This document shows positions 37,923 to 48,247 of a stretch of 64,000 nt of DNA, one piece after another. The notes beneath the pieces are model-generated. The model was not told where the DNA came from, made no database searches, and worked only from the letters and a program-made list of their open reading frames with translations. Each line of letters starts with the position of its first letter. Position 1 is the stretch's first letter. Source of the DNA: a virus. The stretch covers positions 64,001 through 128,000 of the IMG/VR virus record IMGVR_UViG_3300030380_005901. One strand, given 5' to 3'. The position numbers were made by a program, and so were the translations under genes.

Positions 37923-38687
37923 TTAACCTTCTCTTTCTGGTTTAATATTTTCATAATAGTGGCGGATATCTTCATCCCACTCTTCAATTTCATCTCGTAA
38001 ATTTTCAATAATGAAATTAAAATATTTTTCCAAACTTTCATCACTTAAATTATTTAAACGTTTTATTGGGTTTGGTATTTCAATGGTGTCAATAATATCT
38101 GCATATTTAGACACTTTAATATCTTCTGAAAAATACGCACCTAAACCATCTTCATTGTGAGTAATAATATCACCCGCCAATTTATTACCTTTCAAATCTA
38201 ATAAATATAGAAATATGTGTTCATAGTTACCATTAGTTACAAGCATAGTCATTAAATTCTCTTCAACCATAGTAATTGGATCTTCCATCATTTCTATTGT
38301 CCATCCCGGATAAATTTCCCTTCCTACTAGATTATCTAAATAATATTTTGCAATTATAAGTTTAGTTGCATCATCATAGTCTTCTATACTATATGAAAAG
38401 TCATCAAATATCTCATCATCAAATAAGACATCCCCAAACCTTTTATAAAAATTCCACATTTTAAAAACATAGTCATAATCTTTTAACCCAAAAACATTAA
38501 TTAAATCATTGATTCTTAATGCATCACTTGCTTCCATATCATAAGTATTTTTACCAATACTATGGTTAAATTTTTCTTTACTCATAGATTGGTGGATAAA
38601 CTTAAGAACTGCCTTATCCATTCTAGTTAAAGTTTCTAATTCATCAATAATCGATTCTAATAATATATTTTTAAAATTTAGTTCCAT
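37923..38687 (-). CDS. Acidic hypothetical late protein
   Basis: Start MELNF right after TATTTATA; LTRMDKAVL block shared with 2498/3663 ORFs. Confidence 0.65.
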   Translation of the reverse strand: MELNFKNILLESIIDELETLTRMDKAVLKFIHQSMSKEKFNHSIGKNTYDMEASDALRINDLINVFGLKDYDYVFKMWNFYKRFGDVLFDDEIFDDFSYSIEDYDDATKLIIAKYYLDNLVGREIYPGWTIEMMEDPITMVEENLMTMLVTNGNYEHIFLYLLDLKGNKLAGDIITHNEDGLGAYFSEDIKVSKYADIIDTIEIPNPIKRLNNLSDESLEKYFNFIIENLRDEIEEWDEDIRHYYENIKPEREG

Positions 38688-38711
38688 TACATATAAATAT
38701 AATGAAAGCAT

Positions 38712-38737
38712 AAAAAAACCCCCATAAATGGAGGTTT
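38712..38737 (-). terminator. Intrinsic terminator
   Basis: AAACCTCCAT-TT-ATGGGGGTTTTTTT on minus strand. Confidence 0.65.
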
Positions 38738-38757
38738 AATTAGTGGTTTGTGGGTGG

Positions 38758-39612
38758 TTAATCCGATAATAAGTTTTTATCTTTAACTGATTCCATTAAG
38801 TTTTTAAAAACTTTAGTTTCTTCAGTATAATCATTAGTTTTTGTGTTAACATCACCATATTGGAAATCATATAATTTCTTCATCTTTTCTACATTCTCAT
38901 TTATAGATTTTTCATTTCTAAAATTTAATACTGTAGCCTCATTCAATGATTCGTCCCATCTCATTTTAAATGTTTGGTTACCATCTGTCATTAAAAAAGT
39001 GTGATTATCAACCTTATAGTTTTCAGGTATTAATTCTTTTACTTCTTCTACTGAAGTGAATTCAGTTTTAAAATTTAATCTTTTCATTTTTTCATTTTTT
39101 GATTCATTGACACCTTTAGTTACCCTAACTCTTGGAGTTTGTTGATATTCTGTTGGTTCGTCATATTTATATTTTTTCTTTAGTTCACCATTTTTCATCA
39201 AAACTTCAAATGTATCATCATTTTCATCAGTTTCTCCGAAACCATCTTTAGTACCAAATTCTTTATCATACTCAGAAGTATCATTTAGCTTTTCTATACG
39301 GTTCATAAATGATTTAAATACTTCACTACCTTCATCATCATACTTTAACCCTTGCATTCCAGAACCTAACGCCTCTATTTCATAAGGATCGATACCTTTA
39401 GGTGAATCTTGTTCTCTATCTACTTTTAATACTGGATCTAATTCTTTTAGTTCATCACCATAATAATCTTCTAATTTTTTACCAATAGCCTTTAAAGCAT
39501 CTTTATTAATAGTTGCATCTTCTTTATGAACTTTTTCATAAGTTTTTAACCCATTAGGAGATTCTTCATTAATGGTTACTTTAGTCTTTTTAGTTAAAAA
39601 TTTATTTTCCAT
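38758..39612 (-). CDS. Hypothetical (probable virion/head-associated) protein
   Basis: 284 aa; late motif upstream. Confidence 0.65.
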   Translation of the reverse strand: MENKFLTKKTKVTINEESPNGLKTYEKVHKEDATINKDALKAIGKKLEDYYGDELKELDPVLKVDREQDSPKGIDPYEIEALGSGMQGLKYDDEGSEVFKSFMNRIEKLNDTSEYDKEFGTKDGFGETDENDDTFEVLMKNGELKKKYKYDEPTEYQQTPRVRVTKGVNESKNEKMKRLNFKTEFTSVEEVKELIPENYKVDNHTFLMTDGNQTFKMRWDESLNEATVLNFRNEKSINENVEKMKKLYDFQYGDVNTKTNDYTEETKVFKNLMESVKDKNLLSD

Positions 39613-39657
39613 TTTATTGTTTGTTTATATATAAATATACATTAATTGATTAATGTA

Positions 39658-40806
39658 TTATTTTTTGAGTTTTAAATTACTCTTTTTGATTATTTTATTT
39701 TCATTAAATACATTATCTATTTTCATATCTGATGTATTTGTTAGTGTAATAGGTGAGGTTTTTTTACTTCCATACCCTTGATTACAATAAGGATATGTGT
39801 TACATTTTTCTTTTATATTAACAAATTTACCTCCCGGATATGCTAACTTATTTGCCCCTCTCCAATTCTTTTTATTTTTTGCCCACATTGCCGGTGTTAC
39901 ATATGAACCTACCGCACCCCCATAATCTACCGCCTCTTCTAATTCTTCATCTTCTTCTAATATACCCATAGAAAACATTTTACCAATAGGTTTTGTCATA
40001 CCATTTTTAGAAACCGGTATTTTATTTTTTGCAAACCTTCTACTTATAGGTTCTTGATTTAATGGTGCAACAAATGCACCTGCACTACCAGCACCAGTAG
40101 CTTCTTCTAATTCATCATCTTCAAAATCTTCTGATTTTCTTCTTTCTAATTCTTCAGAACGTTTTTCTCTTATCTTATCAAAAATTTCTTTTTTAGTAAA
40201 TCTATTTCTTTGTTGTTGTCTTAATTGATCTCTTAGTCTATTGGCAATTTCATTAGTATCTAAATCTTCATGAAATATTTCCATATCATCCATTATTAAT
40301 TCTAACTTTCCTTCTTTACTCTTTTCAAATAATTCTTTTTCTACTCTTACAGTTTTTTTAGTTCCATTTTTACTTTCTACTGCAATTATACAAAAATTGG
40401 GATTAGTATAATAATCCGAAATATTATTAACGTTTTGAGTTGCTAATTCTGTTGCTTGTTCTATAGGTAAATGATTCTGTTCTATTTGTGTACCAATATT
40501 AATTTCTTCTTTCATCTGTGGTGCAATTTTTTGGAGTGACTCTACACCACTTAAATTTAATTGAGTTTTAAACTCTTTTCCACTATTAAATATTTCATTT
40601 ACACCTTCTTCTTTACCCTTAGTACATTTTAAACTCATTAACTTAATTAATTGTTTTAAAATATTGATTTGTTTAGTAGGTATTTTATCACTGTGTTTAT
40701 CCACCAATTTATTTAATACCTTATCCGCAACTTTTAGTTGGGTGGTATTATTACAAGACATTATAATGTCTTTTACTTTGTCGTAGTCTCTTTTAATATT
40801 TTCCAT
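39658..40806 (-). CDS. Hypothetical (probable head-associated) protein
   Basis: Repeated LEEA..G..G.(F/Y)V.P motifs; KCNTYPYCNQG; start overlaps upstream stop (TAATG). Confidence 0.65.
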   Translation of the reverse strand: MENIKRDYDKVKDIIMSCNNTTQLKVADKVLNKLVDKHSDKIPTKQINILKQLIKLMSLKCTKGKEEGVNEIFNSGKEFKTQLNLSGVESLQKIAPQMKEEINIGTQIEQNHLPIEQATELATQNVNNISDYYTNPNFCIIAVESKNGTKKTVRVEKELFEKSKEGKLELIMDDMEIFHEDLDTNEIANRLRDQLRQQQRNRFTKKEIFDKIREKRSEELERRKSEDFEDDELEEATGAGSAGAFVAPLNQEPISRRFAKNKIPVSKNGMTKPIGKMFSMGILEEDEELEEAVDYGGAVGSYVTPAMWAKNKKNWRGANKLAYPGGKFVNIKEKCNTYPYCNQGYGSKKTSPITLTNTSDMKIDNVFNENKIIKKSNLKLKK

Positions 40807-41066
40807 TATTTTATTGCGTTTTTCCAAAACATACGTCTCATCCATAATTCTCTATAAAGTTGTTCTAATACATCTTTACTAATTTTAACTACTTCTTTTT
40901 CAAACTTAGTCCCCTTTATTTCTTTACTAACTATATTAGTAACTTTTTTCTCTAAATCACTACCAAACGCATCCTTAATCTCTTTACGTATCATTACACC
41001 AATTTTATTTTCATCGGTTTTAGTTAACGCTTCTTTAATTATGTGTTTTAATTCAATATCGTTCAT
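40806..41066 (-). CDS. Hypothetical protein
   Basis: 86 aa; late motif upstream. Confidence 0.6.
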   Translation of the reverse strand: MNDIELKHIIKEALTKTDENKIGVMIRKEIKDAFGSDLEKKVTNIVSKEIKGTKFEKEVVKISKDVLEQLYRELWMRRMFWKNAIK

Positions 41067-41110
41067 GATAATACATGTTTATTTATAAATATTTGATATT
41101 ATGAAAAAAA

Positions 41111-41566
41111 TCAGACTAAAATCAATATTGCAATAATTGGGAGAATTACTGATCCACCAAAACCTAAAAACTTTAAAAGTTTTTGTTTTCGTAATTCTTT
41201 TTTCTGTTGTTTAATGGTGTCTTCTTTCATACCTAACTCAGAGTTTTTATTATCCAATATTTGTTGAAAATTATCTATTTGACTTTGTTGGTTATCTGAT
41301 TTTTCCATTAACTTAAAAATAACCTCTTTTTGTAGTGTTATAGTATTAGTATTAAGACTATCTTTCTCTTTGTAAACAGTTAATAAACTATCTGCAATCT
41401 CATACTCCAAAAGATCGTTAAGTATTACCTTAGCGTCCTCTAAATTCATAATAACTAATGTATCGCCATTCTCAACGATTGTTCTGACCTCTCCTTTGGA
41501 GATAGTCTGAGAGAGTATTGGTGACACCATCGCTATCCATATTATCAACGATATTAGATACTTCAT
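41111..41566 (-). CDS. Signal peptide + coiled coil + C-terminal TM protein (spanin-like candidate)
   Basis: N-terminal signal, coiled coil, C-terminal hydrophobic helix; overlaps upstream gene. Confidence 0.5.
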   Translation of the reverse strand: MKYLISLIIWIAMVSPILSQTISKGEVRTIVENGDTLVIMNLEDAKVILNDLLEYEIADSLLTVYKEKDSLNTNTITLQKEVIFKLMEKSDNQQSQIDNFQQILDNKNSELGMKEDTIKQQKKELRKQKLLKFLGFGGSVILPIIAILILV

Positions 41567-41852
41567 TTCTTTTTCTTTCTAATTCTTTTAACTTATCTTC
41601 TGTTTTTCTAAGAACAACTTTAGTACTGTCAATTGCGTATAAAATAACATCAATTTCTTTTTGTAATTTTATATTTGCTTTAATAATACTATCGTTTGAT
41701 ATTAGTAGTTTTTCATTTTGTTTTTGTAAAACACTAATTTCTTCTTCATATTCCTCTATAGGTACACTAGGTCTAAATATAAAACTAAGGACTAAAGCTA
41801 CTGCTAAACCTAATATTAAAATCGCCTTTAAGTCTATATTAATTTTAAGCAT
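41472..41852 (-). CDS. N-terminal TM + coiled-coil protein (i-spanin-like candidate)
   Basis: MLKINIDLKAILILGLAVALVLSFIF followed by coiled coil. Confidence 0.5.
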   Translation of the reverse strand: MLKINIDLKAILILGLAVALVLSFIFRPSVPIEEYEEEISVLQKQNEKLLISNDSIIKANIKLQKEIDVILYAIDSTKVVLRKTEDKLKELERKRNEVSNIVDNMDSDGVTNTLSDYLQRRGQNNR

Positions 41853-42381
41853 TTTCTTCGGTTGGGTTAGGCATGGATTCTCCTTCACCTTCTTCCCCAA
41901 ATCCTGGCGAGTTCATACTGTCTGGACCTTCTTCTGCGTTTTCTTCATCAGTTTGTTGATTTTCATATTCTTCCGCAATTCTTTTAGCCCAATCATCTGA
42001 CCATGTTTTATAATATGCAATTAATTTTTGTAAAAGTTTCATTGTGTCTTCTCTAAGTTGTAATAACTCTGTAGTGACGTAAACACCTTGTGTATCGTCT
42101 AACGAATAAAACCATTCTACTGCATTATCTGTAAATTCTCCACTCCATTCTACATTTTGTGCTTTTGGATAAAGTTTCATTTGGTTAAATTTAACTCTTT
42201 GTGTTACAGTGTCTCTAAACAATCTTTCTTGTTCTTTCATTTCTGTAGGATCTAAAGAATTTTCATCTTGTTTTTGAACATTTAAATCCTGTTCAGTAAT
42301 TAAAGTTTTAGTTAAAATAGATTTACTACCACTTTCTCTAATTAATTCTAATATTTTTCTAGTTTCATCGTGTTGACTCAT
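41845..42381 (-). CDS. Hypothetical protein
   Basis: 178 aa ORF with acidic tail. Confidence 0.65.
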   Translation of the reverse strand: MSQHDETRKILELIRESGSKSILTKTLITEQDLNVQKQDENSLDPTEMKEQERLFRDTVTQRVKFNQMKLYPKAQNVEWSGEFTDNAVEWFYSLDDTQGVYVTTELLQLREDTMKLLQKLIAYYKTWSDDWAKRIAEEYENQQTDEENAEEGPDSMNSPGFGEEGEGESMPNPTEENA

Positions 42382-42402
42382 ATCTTTTGTTTTTATTTTT
42401 AT

Positions 42403-43011
42403 TTAATTTTCTATTTTTTCTTTAAATTTTCTAAAATCCCAAGAAGGGTTAACATCAGTATTATCTTTATAGTAATTACTCCTATACGTAACACCATCAA
42501 ACTCCTCTATTTCTTTAATATAAGTATTATGTCCTACACATTTTTTATTTATATTGTGTGTTTCACATAAATATTTAACTAAATTAATAGTAGATTTTAA
42601 CTGTTTAGGTGTATAAGGATCCCAATATTGTTGTCCCCTCCATCTTTTTTCTACTACATTAACTCTTCTTTTATAAATATTGCCTACCCAATCAAAATAT
42701 TTATTTGATAATAAATCTTTTTTTAACCAACCTCTATTTTCTAAAACTATTGAAATTATTTTTTTATCGTTTCTTTTTTCATTTAAAAAATCGGAATAAT
42801 ATTTAGGATTAAAATGTTCATAAATTTCACCTTTTGTGGTAACGGTATAATTAGCAGTTTTAGTAAATTCCCCATCCATTTTAGTTAACCACCCATTAAA
42901 ATGATATAATTTTTGATTAAACGTATTACCGATAACTATTTGTTTTTTATCAAACTCTTTTTTATGGTAATTTTCTTTATTTAATTCATATGTTAATCTA
43001 TCAATATTCAT
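42403..43011 (-). CDS. Amidase_2-like (N-acetylmuramoyl-L-alanine amidase fold) protein
   Basis: QIVIGNT, NYTV..KGEIYE, ISIVLEN, YTPKQLKST..LV.YL, TDVNPSWD. Confidence 0.65.
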   Translation of the reverse strand: MNIDRLTYELNKENYHKKEFDKKQIVIGNTFNQKLYHFNGWLTKMDGEFTKTANYTVTTKGEIYEHFNPKYYSDFLNEKRNDKKIISIVLENRGWLKKDLLSNKYFDWVGNIYKRRVNVVEKRWRGQQYWDPYTPKQLKSTINLVKYLCETHNINKKCVGHNTYIKEIEEFDGVTYRSNYYKDNTDVNPSWDFRKFKEKIEN

Positions 43012-44033
43012 TAATCAATCCTTTTAATATTGGTTTTAGATCTGACTTTACCGTATTCTGTAGGTATTAATCTTGATTTTTCAGTTACTTTTTTTTTTGG
43101 CTCTTCTTTTTTAGTTTGGTACTCGTCAATTGCTTTTTTAAGAATTTCAGATTCTTTTTTTTCTTTGTTTTTAATTTTTTTTTCTAAATCTTCTTGTTTT
43201 TTTTGAAACTTCATAAAGTCTCCTTCTTTATCGGCAGTTAACCCCCCTACTGTATATATTTTATCATCTTCCTCTGACCATGAACCTGGTTCATCCATCT
43301 TTTCTAAAAATTCTTGAACTTCAGGATCTTCTTCCCACGTAACTTCCTCATCACTTTCACCATAAAAATCTTTTTCATCTATTTTTTTACTTATCTCTTC
43401 CGCCTGTTCTATAGATTCTTCTAAATGTTCTTTATTCTTTTCTGATTTCAAAAGGTGTTCAGTTTCATCTTCTTTATCTTTTTTTCTACTTTCCACTATA
43501 TCAACCATTTTTTTATTTCTATTATCAAAATATTCTTTAATAATTTTTTCTTTATCTATTTCTTCACTTTGATTTCTATCGTATCTTACAAAGAAGTGTA
43601 ACGAAGTAAGTGAAATAACAGGTAACAAACCACCCTCTAAAAATGCTAACCATCTTTTAAGTGCTAATGTATCTGTTAAATCCGTACCAACCATTTCCCA
43701 TACTGGTGTAGTTAATTCTATCCATGATAACCACAATTCTCCACTAGTATCTATTTCTTTAAAAGAAAAGTATATATTACCTACCATTTGAATGAAGGTA
43801 ACCAGCCCAAACATAAACCACACACCACCTTTTACTCTATTAGTTGCAGCAACTAATGCAGTCATTGCACCAACTTCTATTGCAATAGAAAGGTATATTG
43901 CCCAATTAATTGGGTTCGCTATACTATACCATGTTACTACGTGAGAAATAGATATTGCTGCCACTAATATTATAGGAATTAAAAACAATGTTCTTATAGG
44001 ATTGTTTTTAATCCAATTTCCAATCAGCTTCAT
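43011..44033 (-). CDS. Multi-TM membrane protein with charged C-terminal tail
   Basis: Four hydrophobic segments then acidic/basic tail. Confidence 0.7.
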   Translation of the reverse strand: MKLIGNWIKNNPIRTLFLIPIILVAAISISHVVTWYSIANPINWAIYLSIAIEVGAMTALVAATNRVKGGVWFMFGLVTFIQMVGNIYFSFKEIDTSGELWLSWIELTTPVWEMVGTDLTDTLALKRWLAFLEGGLLPVISLTSLHFFVRYDRNQSEEIDKEKIIKEYFDNRNKKMVDIVESRKKDKEDETEHLLKSEKNKEHLEESIEQAEEISKKIDEKDFYGESDEEVTWEEDPEVQEFLEKMDEPGSWSEEDDKIYTVGGLTADKEGDFMKFQKKQEDLEKKIKNKEKKESEILKKAIDEYQTKKEEPKKKVTEKSRLIPTEYGKVRSKTNIKRID

Positions 44034-44044
44034 AATTTAAATTT

Positions 44045-44347
44045 TTATTTTTCGTTATCGTTTTTTAGTTTATTTATAGGAATTCTGTTTTTATCCGATA
44101 ACTCTTCTAATTCTAATGTTTTCCAATTAGGGACTTCTTTAATAAGATTAATCATTTTTTCTTCAGTAATAATCTTATTATTAATTTTATTTAGTGTACT
44201 ATCGATTGTAACAGTTTTACTATTTAATTCTTTTTGTACTTTTTCTATTTTACCATTTGTAGTACAGGTTTTAAGAAAAATAATTAAAACTAAAGCGAAT
44301 GTTAATCTAGTTCCCCATTTGTCAATAAATTCTACTAATTTTTTCAT
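44045..44347 (-). CDS. Membrane-anchored/lipoprotein-like protein
   Basis: LTFALVLIIFLKTC. Confidence 0.55.
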   Translation of the reverse strand: MKKLVEFIDKWGTRLTFALVLIIFLKTCTTNGKIEKVQKELNSKTVTIDSTLNKINNKIITEEKMINLIKEVPNWKTLELEELSDKNRIPINKLKNDNEK

Positions 44348-44418
44348 ATCTTTTTTTTTATTTTATATTATATAAATATCTATTACAATAAATAATAGCA
44401 AAACATAAAAAAGTATAT

Positions 44419-44446
44419 AAAAAAAGGGGGTTATTTACCCCCTTTA
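44419..44446 (-). terminator. Intrinsic terminator after sigma factor
   Basis: AAAGGGGGTAA-A-TAACCCCCTTTTTTT on minus strand. Confidence 0.75.
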
Positions 44447-44464
44447 TATTAAATAGTTGAAATT

Positions 44465-45280
44465 TTATAGTTCATCTTCACCCATATAATCAAATATGTC
44501 TCCTACATTATTCCTAATTTTTCGTATTGCAGATTCTTTAATTTGTCGTATTCTCTCTTTAGTTAACCCTAATTCTTCTCCAATAGTTTCTAAAGTCATA
44601 GGGCTCCCATAAATACCAAAATAACAATTAACTATCTCTCTTTCTCTGTCACTTAAATAAGACATAACTTTTTTAAGTCTACCACTTAATGTATCATTTT
44701 TGTCTACATTTGAATCTGGACTAGCAAAAGTGTCATCTTTTATAAGTGCACCTAATTCATCACCATCTTCATTAATTTGTTTGTTGAGTGATCCACAAGT
44801 GGGTACATGTACATATTCTACTTCATCAGCAGTAGGTAATCTCTCAAACTCTTTTTCAAATTGTTCTATTTCTTTTTTTATTTTAGATAATTTATTAACC
44901 ATATTTGCAGGTATCCTTACCATTCTGGAATTATCATTTAAACATTGTAGTATAGCTTGTTTAACCCACCACACGGCATAAGATATGAATTTAAAACCTT
45001 TAGTGTGGTCAAATCTTTTAGCAGCAGTTATTAATCCGTAATTTCCTTCCGATATTAAATCTGCAAGTGATATACCTTGATTTTGATATTCTTTAGCTAT
45101 TGCAATAACAAATCGTAAATTTGCCATAACTAATTCATCGATAGCCTTTTCATCGCCAGCAGCAATCCTCTTAGCAATTTCTATTTCTTGTTGTGGTGTA
45201 ATCTGTTCACTTTTTCTCACATCTTTTAGATATTTAGACATGGAATCTTCCTTAGTGTTAATATATCTTCTATAATCCAT
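44465..45280 (-). CDS. RNA polymerase sigma-70 factor (RpoD/SigA-like, no region 1.1)
   Basis: ANLRFVIAIAKEY, DLISEGNYGL, FDHTKGFKFISYAVWW, TLETIGEELGLTKERIRQI. Confidence 0.93.
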   Translation of the reverse strand: MDYRRYINTKEDSMSKYLKDVRKSEQITPQQEIEIAKRIAAGDEKAIDELVMANLRFVIAIAKEYQNQGISLADLISEGNYGLITAAKRFDHTKGFKFISYAVWWVKQAILQCLNDNSRMVRIPANMVNKLSKIKKEIEQFEKEFERLPTADEVEYVHVPTCGSLNKQINEDGDELGALIKDDTFASPDSNVDKNDTLSGRLKKVMSYLSDREREIVNCYFGIYGSPMTLETIGEELGLTKERIRQIKESAIRKIRNNVGDIFDYMGEDEL

Positions 45281-45290
45281 AATTTTTAGT

Positions 45291-45785
45291 TTATTGTTGT
45301 TTAGAATATTCTTTTAAATATTGTTTTTCTATTTTAGATAATTTATCTAACCCTACTTTACTAATTTTATCTAAAAGTTCATCCATAGTAGGTTTAATTG
45401 GTTCTATATCAATTATTTTATTTAAATCAGGTATTTCCTCACTAGATGTCATTATATTTTCCATTTTTAATCTAGCTTCAAATAATGGAGTAAACTCTGT
45501 ATTATCTACTTTCCCACCAAATAAAGCTTCTTGAAATTTTTCAATTAATAAATTTGCAGAAAATGTTGCCGGTAACATTTCAAATACAATGTACGCCCTT
45601 TTTTCCATATTTAAAAATTCTTCTAATTCTATAATGTTTAATTCTGACTTGAATGTTGCGATTATAATTTCTTCTCCTGTCGCAAAATTTACAATATCGT
45701 TTGATATATACTCTAAATCTTTTTGTATTTGTTCTATATCGTCTAAACCTATCAAACAATATTTTTTTAATCTTATTTGTTCCAT
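45291..45785 (-). CDS. Hypothetical protein
   Basis: C-terminal MDELLDKISKVGLDKLSKIEK.YL motif. Confidence 0.6.
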   Translation of the reverse strand: MEQIRLKKYCLIGLDDIEQIQKDLEYISNDIVNFATGEEIIIATFKSELNIIELEEFLNMEKRAYIVFEMLPATFSANLLIEKFQEALFGGKVDNTEFTPLFEARLKMENIMTSSEEIPDLNKIIDIEPIKPTMDELLDKISKVGLDKLSKIEKQYLKEYSKQQ

Positions 45786-45861
45786 TTTAAAACTTTTAGT
45801 TATTAAATATATATGTACAAATTAAGTACCATTACCTAATTTTAGACAAATATAAGTAAAA

Positions 45862-48243
45862 TTATTTAATCTGCAATGACGAAACGTCATTATTTTTTTC
45901 AATTGTTATAATTTTGTCACCCCAATCTTGTGTAATAGGGTTATGTGTTATGAGTAAAATTACCTCATACATCTTTTTTATCTTATCAAAAAATATTTTA
46001 ACATAATCTAAATTTATGTTTGCAACTTTACCCAATACCTCGTCAAATACTATTACATTTGGTTTTGGTAATGTTGATATTCTACCTAAGACACATCTTA
46101 ATGCTAAGGATGCTAAAGTTGTTTCTAAACCAGAACCAGACTTTAACTTTTTAGTAACGTCTTTTTTGACTATATTAAAGTCTACTTCATTTTTATCATT
46201 AATCTCTAATTGTATTTGAAAATCACATACTTCATCTAACAGTCTGTCTAATTCATAATTGATTATAGGTATTACTGAAGATAAAACTAGTTTAGATATA
46301 CCATTTTTACCTATCATCCTATTATAAATCTCAAATATTTTTAATACTTCTTCTTCTCTTAATATTTGTTCTATTATATTTTGATTATCAATATTGTTTT
46401 GTTTTTTAACTTTATTATCGTTTTTTAAATCTTGTATTTCATTTCTAATACTGTCTCTTTTTTTATTTAATTTTTCCAATAATTGATTGTAACCTAATAT
46501 TTTACTTTCTAAATTTCTATTCTTCTCAATATATTCAATATTACGTTCATAGTTCTTATGTAGATTCATTTTTTCTTTTAAATCAACTCTTAACCCATCA
46601 ATCTCTACTTCTAATCTGTCTCTACTTAATTCTAACTTATCTTTTTCATCGGAAATAGTTTTTAGATTACTTTGTTTATCCAAAGACTTAAGTGTAACAC
46701 CTAACTCTTTTTGTATTACTTTTATTAAATCTTTTATATTTTTTAAATTTTTCTTTTCCTCTTTTATTTCTTTGCTATGATCAACATCTTCTAATGCTCT
46801 TTTACATGTAGGACAAATTTCTCCCTCCTCCAAATTTTTTATTAATAATTCTTTTCTTTCTTTATTACTTAATTCTTTACTTTCTTTCAATAGTAAATCT
46901 TTTTCTTCTTCTCTAATCTCATCATGTTTGTCTTCATCATAATCTACATCACCTATCTTAGTAATGTTTTTTATAATATCATCTAAAGATTTTTTCTTAG
47001 TAACACCTTCATCAGTTAAAGTATCTATTTCATCTTTAAGTGTTTTAGGATTAACATTACTAACTTCATCATCAATCACATATTTTTCGGATAATAAAAT
47101 TTCTTTTTTAGAATTAGCTTCAGATATTTCACCATCTATTTTTAATAATTTATTATTATTTTCTTTTATTAATTCTTTATTTTCTTTTATCTTTATTAGA
47201 TTATCCTCTATTTCAAATTCCAACTCTTTAGTATTATGAATATTAGATTTCATCTTACTTTTAAAATCCGTCATTAATCCTTTATTAATCTCTTCTTTTT
47301 TCTCAATAATTTCTAATCCAATAAATTTAGTTAAAAGTCTTCCTCTTTGGGTGGGTTTGGTTTCTAATAAATCCTCTAGATTTTTTGCAGTTGCAACAAT
47401 AGTTAACATAAAGTCATCAAAAGTACCTATAGTTTCAGAGATTAGTTTATCAGTTTCTCTTCTTTGTTCACCCTCTAAATTTTCGTAACTACCATCAGAT
47501 AATACCCTAAAGAAATTTAATTCTGAAGAAGTTTTATATTTACCAGTTTTACTTTTTTTTCTAAATAATTTTCTTTCAATTATATACTCATCCCCATCTA
47601 TATTAATTTCTCCACCAACTACTACTTCATCTTTATCTGTAAATGTATTGAATATTTCTGATGCAGTGTCTGTCTTAGTAGTTTTACCAAAAAACAAAAA
47701 CAAAAGAGAATCAATACTAAAAATAGTTTTACCACCTTGATTTGCAGGTAAAGAATTAACAATAGTTAACCCTTTAAGTCCATTATAATCTATATTATTA
47801 TCGTTACCAAAAGATAAAAAATTATCTATCCATAATTTATTTATACTCCATCTTCTATATCTTATATCTTCTTCACCTAAATTTACTAGTACATCATTAA
47901 CTTTATCATCTAATCTACATAACCTATCAAAATCTATATCCACACCATTAATTTCAATCCATTGAGTAAATAATTTACGTTGGTACGCAGTGTCCATTAT
48001 ATTATCGATTAAACCATCAGTAATATCTACTACTTTACCAACACTATTTTTTAAAATAGGTATAAAATTTATTTTAATGGATGTTTTATTTAAACCATAT
48101 TTATCAGAGAAATATGTTTTAACTCTACTAATTGTTTCTAATGTTCTATTTTCAGGATAATCTTGCCAATCAACCCTTAACTGTGCGTTTTTAGGAACGT
48201 CTACTATTTTCTTTGTTCTTACCACTTCAATATTATTTTCCAT
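45862..48243 (-). CDS. Rad50/SbcC (gp46-like) ATPase
   Basis: NFLSFG, PANQGGKT, zinc hook CPTC, SGLE signature, VFDE, ITH. Confidence 0.9.
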   Translation of the reverse strand: MENNIEVVRTKKIVDVPKNAQLRVDWQDYPENRTLETISRVKTYFSDKYGLNKTSIKINFIPILKNSVGKVVDITDGLIDNIMDTAYQRKLFTQWIEINGVDIDFDRLCRLDDKVNDVLVNLGEEDIRYRRWSINKLWIDNFLSFGNDNNIDYNGLKGLTIVNSLPANQGGKTIFSIDSLLFLFFGKTTKTDTASEIFNTFTDKDEVVVGGEINIDGDEYIIERKLFRKKSKTGKYKTSSELNFFRVLSDGSYENLEGEQRRETDKLISETIGTFDDFMLTIVATAKNLEDLLETKPTQRGRLLTKFIGLEIIEKKEEINKGLMTDFKSKMKSNIHNTKELEFEIEDNLIKIKENKELIKENNNKLLKIDGEISEANSKKEILLSEKYVIDDEVSNVNPKTLKDEIDTLTDEGVTKKKSLDDIIKNITKIGDVDYDEDKHDEIREEEKDLLLKESKELSNKERKELLIKNLEEGEICPTCKRALEDVDHSKEIKEEKKNLKNIKDLIKVIQKELGVTLKSLDKQSNLKTISDEKDKLELSRDRLEVEIDGLRVDLKEKMNLHKNYERNIEYIEKNRNLESKILGYNQLLEKLNKKRDSIRNEIQDLKNDNKVKKQNNIDNQNIIEQILREEEVLKIFEIYNRMIGKNGISKLVLSSVIPIINYELDRLLDEVCDFQIQLEINDKNEVDFNIVKKDVTKKLKSGSGLETTLASLALRCVLGRISTLPKPNVIVFDEVLGKVANINLDYVKIFFDKIKKMYEVILLITHNPITQDWGDKIITIEKNNDVSSLQIK

Positions 48244-48247
48244 ATTA

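Noticed and set aside
37886-38044. Long N-terminal extension of the endolysin
   Set aside because: Overlaps the upstream gene; PG-binding domain starts at Met 37885
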